Below are positions 7,511 to 17,248 of a stretch of 38,987 nt of DNA, piece by piece. Below the pieces are notes generated by a model, which saw only the letters and a program-made list of their open reading frames with translations, did no database searches and was not told the origin of the DNA. The number at the start of each line of letters is the position of its first letter. Within the stretch, counting starts at the first letter, position 1. The position numbers and the translations under genes are program-made. This DNA comes from Archangium sp. (GTDB taxonomy: Bacteria; Myxococcota; Myxococcia; Myxococcales; Myxococcaceae). The stretch spans positions 1-38,987 of the forward strand of contig JANLPS010000511.1 of assembly GCA_031367385.1 (NCBI GenBank), in the 5' to 3' direction.

Positions 7511-10222
7511 GTGCACCGGTCGCGCCTTCTGGTGGTCCTGGCCCTCGGCGCATCGCTGATCAGCGTGGCTGCGTATGTGGTCGGTGGCACGACCCTGGTC
7601 AACGTCGGCTCGACCACGGCCACTTTCGAACGGGGCCGAACCAACAATGTTGGCTGTGCCAGCGCGTGGAACGGCACGGACACCCTCGTCTTGTGGGCCG
7701 ACTACCGACTCACCAACAACGCCGCGATCAGCGACATCTACGGAGCGCGCGTCGCCAGCTCCGGCCTGGTGCGTGATCGGCCGAACCTCCAAGTGCAGGT
7801 CGCCGCGGGCTTGCAGAGCTGGCCTTCGGTCACCTACGGCAGCGGGGTGTGGCTGGCGGTCTGGGCCGATACCCGGGCTGGCAACTCAGACATCTACGCG
7901 GCACGGGTCGACTCCGCGGGTACCGTGCTCGATGACGCCGGCATCGCGATCGCCTCGAGCGCACTGGCCGAGCAATTTCCGAGCGTCGGCTTCGATGGTA
8001 CCCGCTTCGTCATCGCGTACGAGCTCGTCAACAGCGATGGCGGCATCGACGTCGAGGCCGGCGCGCTTCGGCCCGACGGCACGTTCGACTTCCAGACCGT
8101 CACCTTCAGCAATGGCATCGGCGACCAGACCAAGCCCTCGACCGCGTGCAAGACCGGCCAGTGCATGGTCGCGTGGGACGACAACGGCACCGGCCCGGGC
8201 GACATTTATGCGTCACGAATCACGGCCAACGTGCCGACCGACCTTGGCGGTTTCCCGGTGTCGACGGCAGCCGCTCGACAGGGCAACCCGAGCATCTCGT
8301 CAGATGGCACCAACTACCTGGTCGCCTTCGAAGACGCGCGCAACGGCACGCCAGACGTGACTGCGGCACGGGTTTTGGCCACCGGCGCGGTGCTCGACCC
8401 GGGGGGCATCTTGCTGGCTTCGAGCGGCACTCCGAAGAGCGAGGTCGCGGTCGGCTGCACGGCGGCACAGTGCCTGGTGAGCTGGCAGGAGAGCACCTCG
8501 GGCATCAACGTCATGGGCTCGCGCGTCAACCCGTCGACCGGCGCGGTGCTCGATACGACTCCGGTGGCCTACACGATTGGCGGCCGCTTCAAAGATCAGC
8601 CGTGCGTGAGCGCGATGGGCTCGTCGTACCTGGTCTCATTCTTCGACAACACGTTCTCGGGCGCCGACAACAACCGCGGCAGCATCATCGACGCGGCCAC
8701 TGGCAAGCTCGTGTACACGGCGATCAACTCGATCGACAACGGTGACATGTACAACTCGGCGCTGTTCACGCCCGACAAGTCGACCGCCTACGTGGCCTGG
8801 AGCGACAACCGCGACTACGGCTTCCGCCTGACGCTCAGAAAGCTCAACGCCAATGGCACGCCGCTCGGGCCCCCGATGCAGCTCGACACTGAAGAGCTCG
8901 ACTTCACCCCGGGCATCACCGGAGTGCCCTCGTTCGCCACCGATGGCACCGGCAACATGATGGCCGTGTGGTCTCGCTGGTCGTACTACGAGTACTTCAT
9001 CAACGTGCAGTTTCGAACCTTCAACGCTGGCGGGTTCTTCGAAGATGCGGGCACCCAGTTGTCATCGGGGGTCAAAGACGCGCGGGCGCCGAGCATCGCG
9101 TGGGGCGGAGCGAACTACGTCGTGCTGTGGGACGACGCCACCACCGCGAAGAAATCGATTCGCGGGGCACGCATCAGCGCGACGGGCGTCGTCGCTGACC
9201 CGCTGGGGATGGTGCTGTATTCGGGCCTGGTCGACCAGACGTACCCGAAGCTTCGCTGCCATGGCTCGCAGTGCTTGATGGTCTGGGCTGATCGCCGTGC
9301 TGGTGGAGCCGCCTTGCTGTCGGCGTTCATCGACCCGGCCACGTTGACCATGAGCCCGGTGCAGCAGCTCGACCTCCCGGTCGACTTCGAATGGGCGACC
9401 ATCTCAGACACCAATGACGGCTTCTTGGTGGCATGGACGCACGTGAACGGCGCCGATTACGACCTGCGCGCGGCGCGAATGCTCTTCGACGCGGGGGTGC
9501 TCGACACCGATGGAGGCCTGCGCATCGCCGACCGGCCTGAGCGCGACTATGACCCGGCGGTCGCGACCGACGGGCTCGACTTTCATGTCACGTGGACGCA
9601 TCGGCCGGATGCGGGCCCGACCGAGATTCTTGGCGCGCGGCTGAGCTGGGATGGGACGATCGACCCGGTGCTGGGCGAGGTGTTGGTGCCTCCGGGGCTG
9701 GGGAATCAGGTCGAGAGCGACGTGCTCTTCATGGGAAGCGGGAAGTACTTGATGTCGTTCACCGATGAGCGTGACCTCGTGCTTGGGACCGAGGTCGTGG
9801 GGACGAGGTCGTTCACCTACACGTCTGACGCGGGGCCTGTGGTCGATTCGGGCGTGCCCGACGCGGGGTCTGCCTTCGATGCGGGGTCGGTGTTCGATGC
9901 GGGTGCTGGTGTCGATGCCGGCGGCGGAGCAGACGCGGCCGTCGATTTCGACGCAGGGGCGACCGACGTTGATTCGGGCATCGATCTCGACGCGGGTGTC
10001 GGAGGCGACGCCGGGTTCGTGGCCGACGCATCAGTGACCAGTGATGCCGGGGCAGTCGATGCGGGCCTCATTGGCGACTCTGGAGTGCCCGAAGCCCTCG
10101 ACGGAGGAACGATGAGGCCCCCGGTGTACGTGGTCGGCTGCAGCTGTGACGCAGGTGGTGGGCTCGGGGCCGTGCTCGGCGTACTGCTGGCGCTGCGACG
10201 CCGAAGAGCCCGCTCAGCCTGA
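7511..10222 (+). CDS. Large surface protein with beta-rich repeats, a DAG-repeat linker and a MYXO-CTERM sorting signal
   Basis: Signal peptide, repeated 'PSV..GxxYLVAWxDxR...DIYAARV...GxVLDxxG' units, an Asp/Ala/Gly-rich linker and the C-terminus GCSCDAGGGLGAVLGVLLALRRRR. Start likely GTG 7511. Confidence 0.85.
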   Translation: MHRSRLLVVLALGASLISVAAYVVGGTTLVNVGSTTATFERGRTNNVGCASAWNGTDTLVLWADYRLTNNAAISDIYGARVASSGLVRDRPNLQVQVAAGLQSWPSVTYGSGVWLAVWADTRAGNSDIYAARVDSAGTVLDDAGIAIASSALAEQFPSVGFDGTRFVIAYELVNSDGGIDVEAGALRPDGTFDFQTVTFSNGIGDQTKPSTACKTGQCMVAWDDNGTGPGDIYASRITANVPTDLGGFPVSTAAARQGNPSISSDGTNYLVAFEDARNGTPDVTAARVLATGAVLDPGGILLASSGTPKSEVAVGCTAAQCLVSWQESTSGINVMGSRVNPSTGAVLDTTPVAYTIGGRFKDQPCVSAMGSSYLVSFFDNTFSGADNNRGSIIDAATGKLVYTAINSIDNGDMYNSALFTPDKSTAYVAWSDNRDYGFRLTLRKLNANGTPLGPPMQLDTEELDFTPGITGVPSFATDGTGNMMAVWSRWSYYEYFINVQFRTFNAGGFFEDAGTQLSSGVKDARAPSIAWGGANYVVLWDDATTAKKSIRGARISATGVVADPLGMVLYSGLVDQTYPKLRCHGSQCLMVWADRRAGGAALLSAFIDPATLTMSPVQQLDLPVDFEWATISDTNDGFLVAWTHVNGADYDLRAARMLFDAGVLDTDGGLRIADRPERDYDPAVATDGLDFHVTWTHRPDAGPTEILGARLSWDGTIDPVLGEVLVPPGLGNQVESDVLFMGSGKYLMSFTDERDLVLGTEVVGTRSFTYTSDAGPVVDSGVPDAGSAFDAGSVFDAGAGVDAGGGADAAVDFDAGATDVDSGIDLDAGVGGDAGFVADASVTSDAGAVDAGLIGDSGVPEALDGGTMRPPVYVVGCSCDAGGGLGAVLGVLLALRRRRARSA
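9825..10110 (+). repeat. Coding low-complexity D-[AGS]-G repeat linker
   Basis: About 15 DAG/DSG/DGG-type tripeptides spaced roughly 6 aa apart before the MYXO-CTERM tail. Confidence 0.75.
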
Positions 10223-10235
10223 GGCACCCGAAGGG

Positions 10236-11321
10236 CTAGGTGACCGCGATCACCCGACACCCCGCCAACGCCCGTCGAAGTGACTGACCGTCACCGCGCA
10301 GCCGCAACGTCTTCAGCCCCCGCAGCGACTCCTTCGACGCTGCCAGTGCGTTCGCGCTCGTCTTCGACAACGGCACGAAGCTGGTCACGTCGAGCGCCTC
10401 GAGCCGCTTCAACATCATGGGTGACGCCTGCAGGCACACGCCGAGCCGATCCGCCTCGTCTTCTCTCGGAGCGCCAAAGTCAGGCAACCCAAGCTGCGTC
10501 AGCTTCGGCGCATGCTCGCCCAGGCTTCGAAACAGTCGAATCACCTGTGGCGACGAGCAAAATTCTTCTCGAAACTCGCTGTCTTGCGAGATCTCGAGAG
10601 TCAGCGTCTCGAGCGACGGCCACCGGGTCGCGATCAGCGCCTCGAGATCAGCCCGCGACATGCCCATGATTCGCACCTCGAGCTTGCGCAGGCGCGGCAC
10701 GTCGAGCTTCGGGCCCAGCGTCGCGTCACCACCAGCGATCTGCAGCTCGGTCAGGTTCGGGCAGAGCGCGACCAACCGCCCGACGTGCCCGAGCGCCATC
10801 CCGGGCACTCCGTCGAGCTGCGGCTCAGCCACCCCATCTTTGTCGACCTCTAAGAAATCGCCGACCCGCAGCACCGAGAGCGACGGGCGAGGCCCCAGCG
10901 CAGCCAACTCCTTCACCACCATCTCGAAGTCGACGAAGCGCAGCCGCAGCCGCTCGAGCAGCGCGGCCGATGGGCTCGTCATCACCCGCATCACGTGCTC
11001 GACCGAGGTCAGCACCGAGCCCGCGACCCTCTCGTAGAGGTCGGGCACGCCGAACACCGCCTCGCGAATGAACCCCAGGTGCCAGTGCAGCTCGACGCCC
11101 GGGCCCAGCAGCGCCTCACCGCCCACCGCCCGCAGCAACTCGACCTCACGCGAACGCAGCGCCGGGTGATTGGGCCGCAGCTGCAGCTGGTGTTGCACCG
11201 CGATCAGCTCACCCCGAGGGTCGTGCAGCTGCGTCAGCGCATCGGCGTACACCAACCGCAACTGATCATCATGCGGAGCGGCGATCAGCGCCTCGAGCCC
11301 CTGAGGCAGTGCGGCGCTCAT
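10236..11321 (-). CDS. TIGR02996 repeat-companion domain protein with an LRR-like C-terminus
   Basis: ALIAAPHDDQLRLVYADALTQLHDPRGELIAVQ, WHLGFI, and LxxLxL repeats. The ATG overlaps the kinase stop (ATGA). Confidence 0.85.
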   Translation of the reverse strand: MSAALPQGLEALIAAPHDDQLRLVYADALTQLHDPRGELIAVQHQLQLRPNHPALRSREVELLRAVGGEALLGPGVELHWHLGFIREAVFGVPDLYERVAGSVLTSVEHVMRVMTSPSAALLERLRLRFVDFEMVVKELAALGPRPSLSVLRVGDFLEVDKDGVAEPQLDGVPGMALGHVGRLVALCPNLTELQIAGGDATLGPKLDVPRLRKLEVRIMGMSRADLEALIATRWPSLETLTLEISQDSEFREEFCSSPQVIRLFRSLGEHAPKLTQLGLPDFGAPREDEADRLGVCLQASPMMLKRLEALDVTSFVPLSKTSANALAASKESLRGLKTLRLRGDGQSLRRALAGCRVIAVT

Positions 11322-13615
11322 CGACAGAGCAGGTCGATGACGAAGGGCTGCGAGCCGCTGCCGCCTGGAGGCACCTTCGTGGCCAGCGTGAGATCACGAA
11401 CCTTCTGGCCGCGCTTGGTGGGCATGCATCGGTACGAGAGTGACAACGGCCCCGAGGGCAACGCGCGAATCTCGCCCGGGTTGACCGCCATGCCGTCGAG
11501 CATGATCACCGTGCTCTTCGCGGCTCGAAACTGAACGTTCACCAGGCTCGGCACCGGCTTCGGCGCGGGCGTCGGAGCTGCCGCTGACGGCTTGCCCGGC
11601 TTCGTATCGCTGTGCACCACGTCACGCGGCCGGTCGGGCAGCTGGGTCGGCGTCGCCGGCCAGAGCAACCAGATGATCATCACCAACGCGAAGGCCCCGA
11701 GCACGATCGTGGCCGCGATCAGCCAGGTGTTCGAGCTGGGCCGCGTGTACTCCTCTGAATTCGAGACCGAGCGAGAGAGCTCGTCGTCGGCATCTCGAAA
11801 ATCGACCGTGGCGATGTGATCGTCGGGGTCTCCCGCCACGCGCCTCTTGACGATGCGTTTGCCACGCCGCGGGGGTTTGGCCTCGCGCGACGGCTCATCG
11901 AGCGGGTCGAGCGGGTTCAGGTTGGTCGGGCCCGGGCCCACCCGCCGAGCCTGCGGTGGCAGTTGGCGCGCCGGGGCTTCGGGCATCTCCAGCCGGGTCG
12001 GCAACAGCGGCGCAGGCGCCACGGGAGCGTCAGCCATCGGTGCCCTCGCGACTGGCCCTCGCTGCCCAGAATCGACCGGTGGGCCCGGTTTCTCGGCTCG
12101 TGCTCGCGCGGCAGGCTCGGTCGACTCCTCACGCACCGGCGGGCCCGGGCGCACCAGCGGCTGGGCGCTCACCGGCGGGTACGCGGGCATCTGCAGCTCG
12201 GTCGGGTGCGACGGCTCGTCACGCTCAGGCGGCGGCTTTTTGTGCTCGAGCACCGGCGTCTGCAAAATCGCATCGAGGTCGACGCGAACCGAGGGCTCCG
12301 AGGGCAACCGGCGTGGGTCGACGGGCTTCGAGCGCTCCGTCACCGACGCCGTGGGTATCACCAGCGCCCGGGCCGAGACCACCGAGTCGTAGCTCAGCTC
12401 TTGAACGTCGTTCGGCACCGGTGGGCCCGGCTTTTCGATCATCGAGACCGTCGGCTCGGGAGGCGATGGCGCGGGGGTCTCGATCAGCGCGGTGCGCTCA
12501 TCGTCTTCATCGTCATCGTCGACCACCGTCGCGCCGGGCTTCAACGCCGCCGGAGCGGGCATCGACGCGGTGCCCTCATCGTCGTCGTCGTCGCCGGTGT
12601 CGTTCTGCTCGGCCAGCGTGGGCGGGTCGCCGCGCGGGGGCAGCTCGACCCGCGCATTGGGGGGTACGTACACACTGGTGCGTTCGGCGTCGTTTCCGAA
12701 CAGGCCAGCGACGTAGTTGATCACATCGGCCCGCGTGGTCGGCATGTCGACCAGCAACGCGTCTTCGAGCGCGACCCGAATCTCCTCGGCGGTCTGGTAG
12801 CGGTGGTCTCGATCTTTGACCAGGCACTTCAAAATGATGCGCGAGAGCGAGAGCGGGTACCCGGCACGCAAGGTGTGCGGCGGAGGCGGGTCTTCGAGCC
12901 GAATCGCGTAAATCACCCCTTCGGTCTCGGGGCGGTAAAACGGGCTCTGGCCGGTGGTGAGCTCGTAGAGCATCGTGCCCAGCGAGAAGAGGTCGGTGCG
13001 CGAGTCGAGCGGCTCTTCGGCGAGCTGCTCAGGCGCCAGGTAGAGAAACTTGCCCTTGATCACGCCAGGCTTCGAACGGCTGATCCACGCGGTGGCCTTG
13101 GCGATGCCGAAGTCGACCAGCTTCACCTCGCCGCGGTAGCTGACCATGATGTTCTGCGGGCTCACGTCGCGGTGAATGATGCCCAGCGGTTTGCCATCGT
13201 CGCCGACCCGGGTGTGCGCGTACTGCAGGCCTTCGCACAGCCTCGAGACAATCCACGCGGCGATGCCTGGTGGCACCACCCCACCCCGCGCCTGCTCGCG
13301 CTGGAGCACCCGGCGCAGGTCCATGCCTTCGACCCACTCCATGGTGATGAAGATCGACCCCTCGTTCTGCCCCAGCTCGTAGACGTCGATGACGTTGGGG
13401 TGATGCAACGAGCCCGCGATTCGGGCCTCGTCGAGAAACATTTTGACGAACTCGGGCTCCTGCGCGAGGTGGGGCAAGATGCGCTTCAAGACCACGAAGC
13501 GGCCGGCCCTCGGCTCGCTGCCCAGGTACAGCTCAGCCATGCCCCCGACGGCGATGCGCCGAAGCAGCAAATACGGGCCAAACGGCAGCGCGTTCTGAGG
13601 GCCTTTGTCAGTCAC
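11318..13615 (-). CDS. Membrane-anchored Hanks-type Ser/Thr protein kinase
   Basis: IAVGGMAELY, VVLKRI, HRDVSPQN, DFGIAK and YLAPEQ motifs, a long Pro/Asp-rich linker, TM WLIAATIVLGAFALVMIIWLLW and a small extracytoplasmic domain. GTG 13615 follows GGAGG. Confidence 0.93.
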   Translation of the reverse strand: MTDKGPQNALPFGPYLLLRRIAVGGMAELYLGSEPRAGRFVVLKRILPHLAQEPEFVKMFLDEARIAGSLHHPNVIDVYELGQNEGSIFITMEWVEGMDLRRVLQREQARGGVVPPGIAAWIVSRLCEGLQYAHTRVGDDGKPLGIIHRDVSPQNIMVSYRGEVKLVDFGIAKATAWISRSKPGVIKGKFLYLAPEQLAEEPLDSRTDLFSLGTMLYELTTGQSPFYRPETEGVIYAIRLEDPPPPHTLRAGYPLSLSRIILKCLVKDRDHRYQTAEEIRVALEDALLVDMPTTRADVINYVAGLFGNDAERTSVYVPPNARVELPPRGDPPTLAEQNDTGDDDDDEGTASMPAPAALKPGATVVDDDDEDDERTALIETPAPSPPEPTVSMIEKPGPPVPNDVQELSYDSVVSARALVIPTASVTERSKPVDPRRLPSEPSVRVDLDAILQTPVLEHKKPPPERDEPSHPTELQMPAYPPVSAQPLVRPGPPVREESTEPAARARAEKPGPPVDSGQRGPVARAPMADAPVAPAPLLPTRLEMPEAPARQLPPQARRVGPGPTNLNPLDPLDEPSREAKPPRRGKRIVKRRVAGDPDDHIATVDFRDADDELSRSVSNSEEYTRPSSNTWLIAATIVLGAFALVMIIWLLWPATPTQLPDRPRDVVHSDTKPGKPSAAAPTPAPKPVPSLVNVQFRAAKSTVIMLDGMAVNPGEIRALPSGPLSLSYRCMPTKRGQKVRDLTLATKVPPGGSGSQPFVIDLLCR

Positions 13616-13694
13616 CGTGGAGGCCTCCGAGCCTAGTACCGGTGGCGCTTTCTCCGACTTTCTTGTCAGCAAGTCCCGCGGGGGCCGTCATTTC

Positions 13695-13724
13695 TTGACC
13701 CCTCCGGTGGGCGCGTCGTACAAG
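13695..13724 (+). promoter_or_regulatory. Putative sigma70-type promoter of tRNA-Cys
   Basis: TTGACC-18 bp-TACAAG, 12 nt upstream of the tRNA. Confidence 0.45.
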
Positions 13725-13736
13725 CCCGCGAGTTAA

Positions 13737-13808
13737 GGCGGCATAGCCAAGTGGTAAGGCAAGGGTCTGCAAAACCCTCATCCCCCGGTTCGAATCCGGG
13801 TGCCGCCT
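13737..13808 (+). tRNA. tRNA-Cys (GCA), CCA not encoded
   Basis: Acceptor GGCGGCA/TGCCGCC, D-arm AGCCAAGTGGTAAGGC, anticodon arm AGGGT-CTGCAAA-ACCCT, T-arm GGTTCGAATCC and discriminator U. Confidence 0.96.
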
Positions 13809-13836
13809 CATTTTTGCGTCTGACGGCGGGTGTTTG

Positions 13837-15525
13837 GTGCTCGAGCGGCTCCTGCTGGCGATGCTTTTCACGGCCTGCGCCAGCCGGCCAGCCCCTGCGC
13901 CGCGCCCCGCCGTTCTGTTCGCCGCCCCTCCTGCGACCGTGGCCCCCGTCGTCGAGGCCCTGCCCGAGATCATCGACCCCCAGCTCAAGCGCCTCGACTT
14001 CAAGAACGGGGCGCCCATCGTCCCCGTGCGGTTGATGGAGGGCAACGCCGAGGTCACCCTCACCTCGAAGGGCCGATTGCGCTTCAAGGTCTCGGGAGCG
14101 ATCGAGAAGGTCGTCGAAGGGCCTGCCGGCACCGAGTGGCGCGTGCGGCTGGTGTCGGGCACGGCCGCGAAGTTGGTGGCGCGCATTCAAATCGCCGAGG
14201 TGCCGTTCAACGACAAACTGGGCCTGGCGAGCGCGCAAGCGGAGTGGGACGACAAGGGCCTCAAGACCCGCTCGCAGATTCTGGGTGGCGTCTACGGCAT
14301 CGCGGGCAAGGTCATCGACAACCGGCGCTACGTGCTGCTGGTCGATGCGCCTCCGGCTCCGGTGGCTGAGCTGGCGAGCCGGCAGGCTGAGATTCTGACG
14401 CAATTTCAGGTGCGAACGACGCTGCTCGAGACGGTCAAGCAGAAGCCCACCGCCACGATGGACGTGCTCGATGGCGACGGCAACGTGGTGGCGAGGGCGA
14501 CCGATTCACTGGTGGCCGAGTCGATCGACGGCGCACCGATCGAAATTCGCCGGGTCGAGTACGGGGTTGGGTACGACTTTCACAACTTCGAAGACCGCAG
14601 CTTTCGCGGCAGCCTGCAGGTCGCCGCTGACAAGTCGGGGCGGCTGGCGGTGATCAACCTCGTCGGCATGGAAGACCTGCTCAAGGGCCTGGTGCCCTCG
14701 GAGATCTTCGCCAAGGCGCACCCCGAGGCGCTCAAGGCCCAGGCCGTCACCGCGCGCGGAGAAGTGCTCGCGAAGATCGGGCTCAAGCACGAGGCCGACC
14801 CGTATTTTCTGTGCAGCGAGCAACACTGCGCCGTCTACAAGGGGCTCTCGGGCGAAGCGGCGAGCACCAACCTCGCGGTCGAGGCCACCCGGGGCGAAAT
14901 GTCATTCGACGCCGAGGGCAAGCTGGTCGATTCGGTCTACAGCGCGGTCTGCGGCGGCCACACCGAGAACAACGATGTCGTGTGGGGCGGCGTGGCCAAC
15001 CCGTCGCTCCGCGGCCGGCCCGATGTGCTGCCTGGCAAAGAAGCCCCGGCGAGCCCGGGTGACTTGAAGGCCTTCTTGAGCACCGAAGGCCCGTACGCCT
15101 GCCGGCTCTCGAGCTTCGCCCAGCAGTCGAAGTTTCGCTGGGAGAAGCGCTTCACCGCCAAAGAGGTCGACGAGAAAATGGCCGCCTTCAACGTCGGCCG
15201 GGTCTTCGCGATGACCGTCACCGATCGGGGAGTATCGGGGCGTGCGCGGCTGTTGGCGATCTCCGGCGAGCTGGGGGCTACGCAGCTGCGCGGCGAGCTC
15301 ACGATTCGGCGCGCGTTCGGCATGCTCAACAGCGCCATGTTCGAGCTCAAGGCCGAGCGTGACCCCAAAGGCAGGCCGATCTCCTGGGTGTTTACGGGGG
15401 GCGGCTGGGGGCACGGGGTAGGTCTGTGTCAGACAGGCGCGATTGGCCGTGCTGAAGCCGGGCAGTCGTATCGTCAAATTTTGGAGCACTATTTCAACGG
15501 GGCCCAGGTCGCGCGCGTCTACTGA
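13837..15525 (+). CDS. SpoIID/LytB domain lipoprotein (lytic transglycosylase-like)
   Basis: Lipobox LFTAC, EDLLKGLVPSE, EALKAQAVTAR, YSAVCGGHTE, GGGWGHGVGLCQTGA and ILEHYF. Confidence 0.93.
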   Translation: MLERLLLAMLFTACASRPAPAPRPAVLFAAPPATVAPVVEALPEIIDPQLKRLDFKNGAPIVPVRLMEGNAEVTLTSKGRLRFKVSGAIEKVVEGPAGTEWRVRLVSGTAAKLVARIQIAEVPFNDKLGLASAQAEWDDKGLKTRSQILGGVYGIAGKVIDNRRYVLLVDAPPAPVAELASRQAEILTQFQVRTTLLETVKQKPTATMDVLDGDGNVVARATDSLVAESIDGAPIEIRRVEYGVGYDFHNFEDRSFRGSLQVAADKSGRLAVINLVGMEDLLKGLVPSEIFAKAHPEALKAQAVTARGEVLAKIGLKHEADPYFLCSEQHCAVYKGLSGEAASTNLAVEATRGEMSFDAEGKLVDSVYSAVCGGHTENNDVVWGGVANPSLRGRPDVLPGKEAPASPGDLKAFLSTEGPYACRLSSFAQQSKFRWEKRFTAKEVDEKMAAFNVGRVFAMTVTDRGVSGRARLLAISGELGATQLRGELTIRRAFGMLNSAMFELKAERDPKGRPISWVFTGGGWGHGVGLCQTGAIGRAEAGQSYRQILEHYFNGAQVARVY

Positions 15526-15545
15526 GGCAACGTTATGATGGCAGG

Positions 15546-16793
15546 GTGATTTTGGTTCGCCCGCCCTCTCGCAATCGCAGTCGATCGCTCAAGCGATCGC
15601 TGTTGGCGCTCGGGTTGGCGTTGCTGGGCCACGCGATCATCGCCGCGGTGCTGGTGTTCATGTCGATGCTGCAGCTCAACCTGCCGAAGGTCGCGCACGG
15701 GCCCAAGAATAACGGCCGGCCGGTGACGTTGCGGGGGCTGACCGCCGAGCAGTTCGCCAAGAACCGGGGAGAAGCGCCGCCGCCCAACGTTCGCGACGAG
15801 CGCAAGGTGATCGCGCGCAACGAGAAGAAGGCTGAAGAGAAGAAGCCCGAGGTCGCGCCCAAGGGGCAAGTGGTGGCCACCGCGCCGGGCAACGACCAGG
15901 TCGACCCGAACGCGAAGTACGTCTCGGAGACCAACAACGCAGTCAAAAAAGAGAGCCGCGCGAAGGAGCAGACGGCCTTTTACAAGAACGCGATGCCCCA
16001 GCGCACCGCGCCCAAGTCGCTCAACGGCGAAGGCACCGATGCGTCAGAGAAGGCGCAGCTCAACGGCAACAACGGCGTCGGTCAAGACGATCGGCCGCTC
16101 AGAGAGAAGGTCGAGCAGCAGAAGCTGACCATCGAGATCCCCGACGTGAAGGCGCGTTCTGAAGTGGCGATGCGCGAGAGCGCCACGAAGGGCCCGGGCC
16201 TCGAGGTCGGCAACCGTGAAGAGACCGAGGCAGTGAAGGGCAACTCGCAGCGGTTCAAGTTGCAGCGAGGGGCTCCCAACGCGGGCGAAGAGGCCTCGGC
16301 GGGCCGGGTCGGTCAACCGGGCGTGGCGAACCTGCTGCCTTCACCGGCGGTGCTCGACAAGATCACCGGCGCGGCGGCGAATGATCACCTGCGCGACGTC
16401 GACGAAGGCGAAGGCACGTACCTCAACACCCGAGAATGGAAGTACGCGAGCTTCTTCAACCGGGTGAAGCAGAGCGTGGGTCAGCAGTGGAACCCACAGG
16501 AGACGATGCGGCTTCGCGACCCGACTCAGCAGATCTACGGCGGCAAAGACCGGTACACCCTGCTGGCGATTACCTTGGCGGCCGACGGGCACTTGAAAGA
16601 CGCCTACGTCGAGAAGAGCTCAGGGCTCGATTTTCTCGACCTCGAGGCGGTCAAGGCCTTCGAGCGGGCTCAGCCCTTCCCCAACCCGCCGCCGGGCATC
16701 TTGGCGTCAGACCAGACCGTGCATTTTCAGTTCGGCTTCTTCTTAGAGATGAGCGGGCGGCCAGGCATGCGGCTGTTCAGGGCCAACGACTAA
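15546..16793 (+). CDS. TonB family energy transducer (TonB C-terminal domain)
   Basis: N-terminal TM with His (ALLGHAII), a charged linker, and YASFFNRVKQSV...KSSGLDFLDLEAVKAFERAQPFPNPP. Confidence 0.88.
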   Translation: MILVRPPSRNRSRSLKRSLLALGLALLGHAIIAAVLVFMSMLQLNLPKVAHGPKNNGRPVTLRGLTAEQFAKNRGEAPPPNVRDERKVIARNEKKAEEKKPEVAPKGQVVATAPGNDQVDPNAKYVSETNNAVKKESRAKEQTAFYKNAMPQRTAPKSLNGEGTDASEKAQLNGNNGVGQDDRPLREKVEQQKLTIEIPDVKARSEVAMRESATKGPGLEVGNREETEAVKGNSQRFKLQRGAPNAGEEASAGRVGQPGVANLLPSPAVLDKITGAAANDHLRDVDEGEGTYLNTREWKYASFFNRVKQSVGQQWNPQETMRLRDPTQQIYGGKDRYTLLAITLAADGHLKDAYVEKSSGLDFLDLEAVKAFERAQPFPNPPPGILASDQTVHFQFGFFLEMSGRPGMRLFRAND

Positions 16794-16939
16794 GCACCCC
16801 CGTCACCCACAACCCGCGGTGCGACCAGCTCCGATGTCACCGAGGGCACCGGCTTTGTCGGTGAAGGCCCAGGCCACACAGCCCAGGCCGCCACGCAGAC
16901 CAGCGCAATCAGAACCGCCCATCGAAGCCTCGCACGCAC
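16790..16939 (-). pseudogene. Possible truncated membrane-protein remnant or 49-aa small membrane protein
   Basis: GTG 16939, MRARLRWAVLIALVCVAAWAVWPGPSP..., ending at a stop that overlaps the convergent tonB stop. Confidence 0.3.
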
Positions 16940-16952
16940 CTCGGAGAGGCTA

Positions 16953-17231
16953 CTACGCCGAGATCTTTCGCAGGTGTTTGTCGCGCCACGTCGCCCAGCC
17001 ATCGAGCGCCGCATGGGCCCGCCGGTCAACCCCCGGCAGCAGCGCCGCGACCGCAGGGCTGTCGAGCGGCAGCTCATCGAGTGCCGAGAGAAAGCCCGCA
17101 GACAACGCCAGGCTCTCGACAATCTCTGCCGGAGACATCGCGACGATCGCCAACTCGAGCGCGGTCTTCACATCCCGGCACAGGTGCCGAAGCTCCATCT
17201 CATTCGGTGCAACGTGTTCAGTCTTTTTCAT
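16953..17231 (-). CDS. Small helical hypothetical protein downstream of hsp20
   Basis: 92-aa ORF starting 17 nt after the hsp20 stop, with plausible codon usage and a tandem TAG TAG stop. Confidence 0.65.
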   Translation of the reverse strand: MKKTEHVAPNEMELRHLCRDVKTALELAIVAMSPAEIVESLALSAGFLSALDELPLDSPAVAALLPGVDRRAHAALDGWATWRDKHLRKISA

Positions 17232-17248
17232 CTCGGCGCTCCAAGCGT

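Noticed and set aside
11816..13636. 606-aa plus-strand ORF and similar long ORFs (1144..2043, 18222..19664, 22687..23916, 37064..38209)
   Set aside because: These are antisense shadows of well-supported genes, expected in high-GC DNA, and have no domain motifs.
13737..13836. tRNA-Cys as an integration site
   Set aside because: No integrase and no duplicated tRNA 3' end were seen, and the flanking genes look native.
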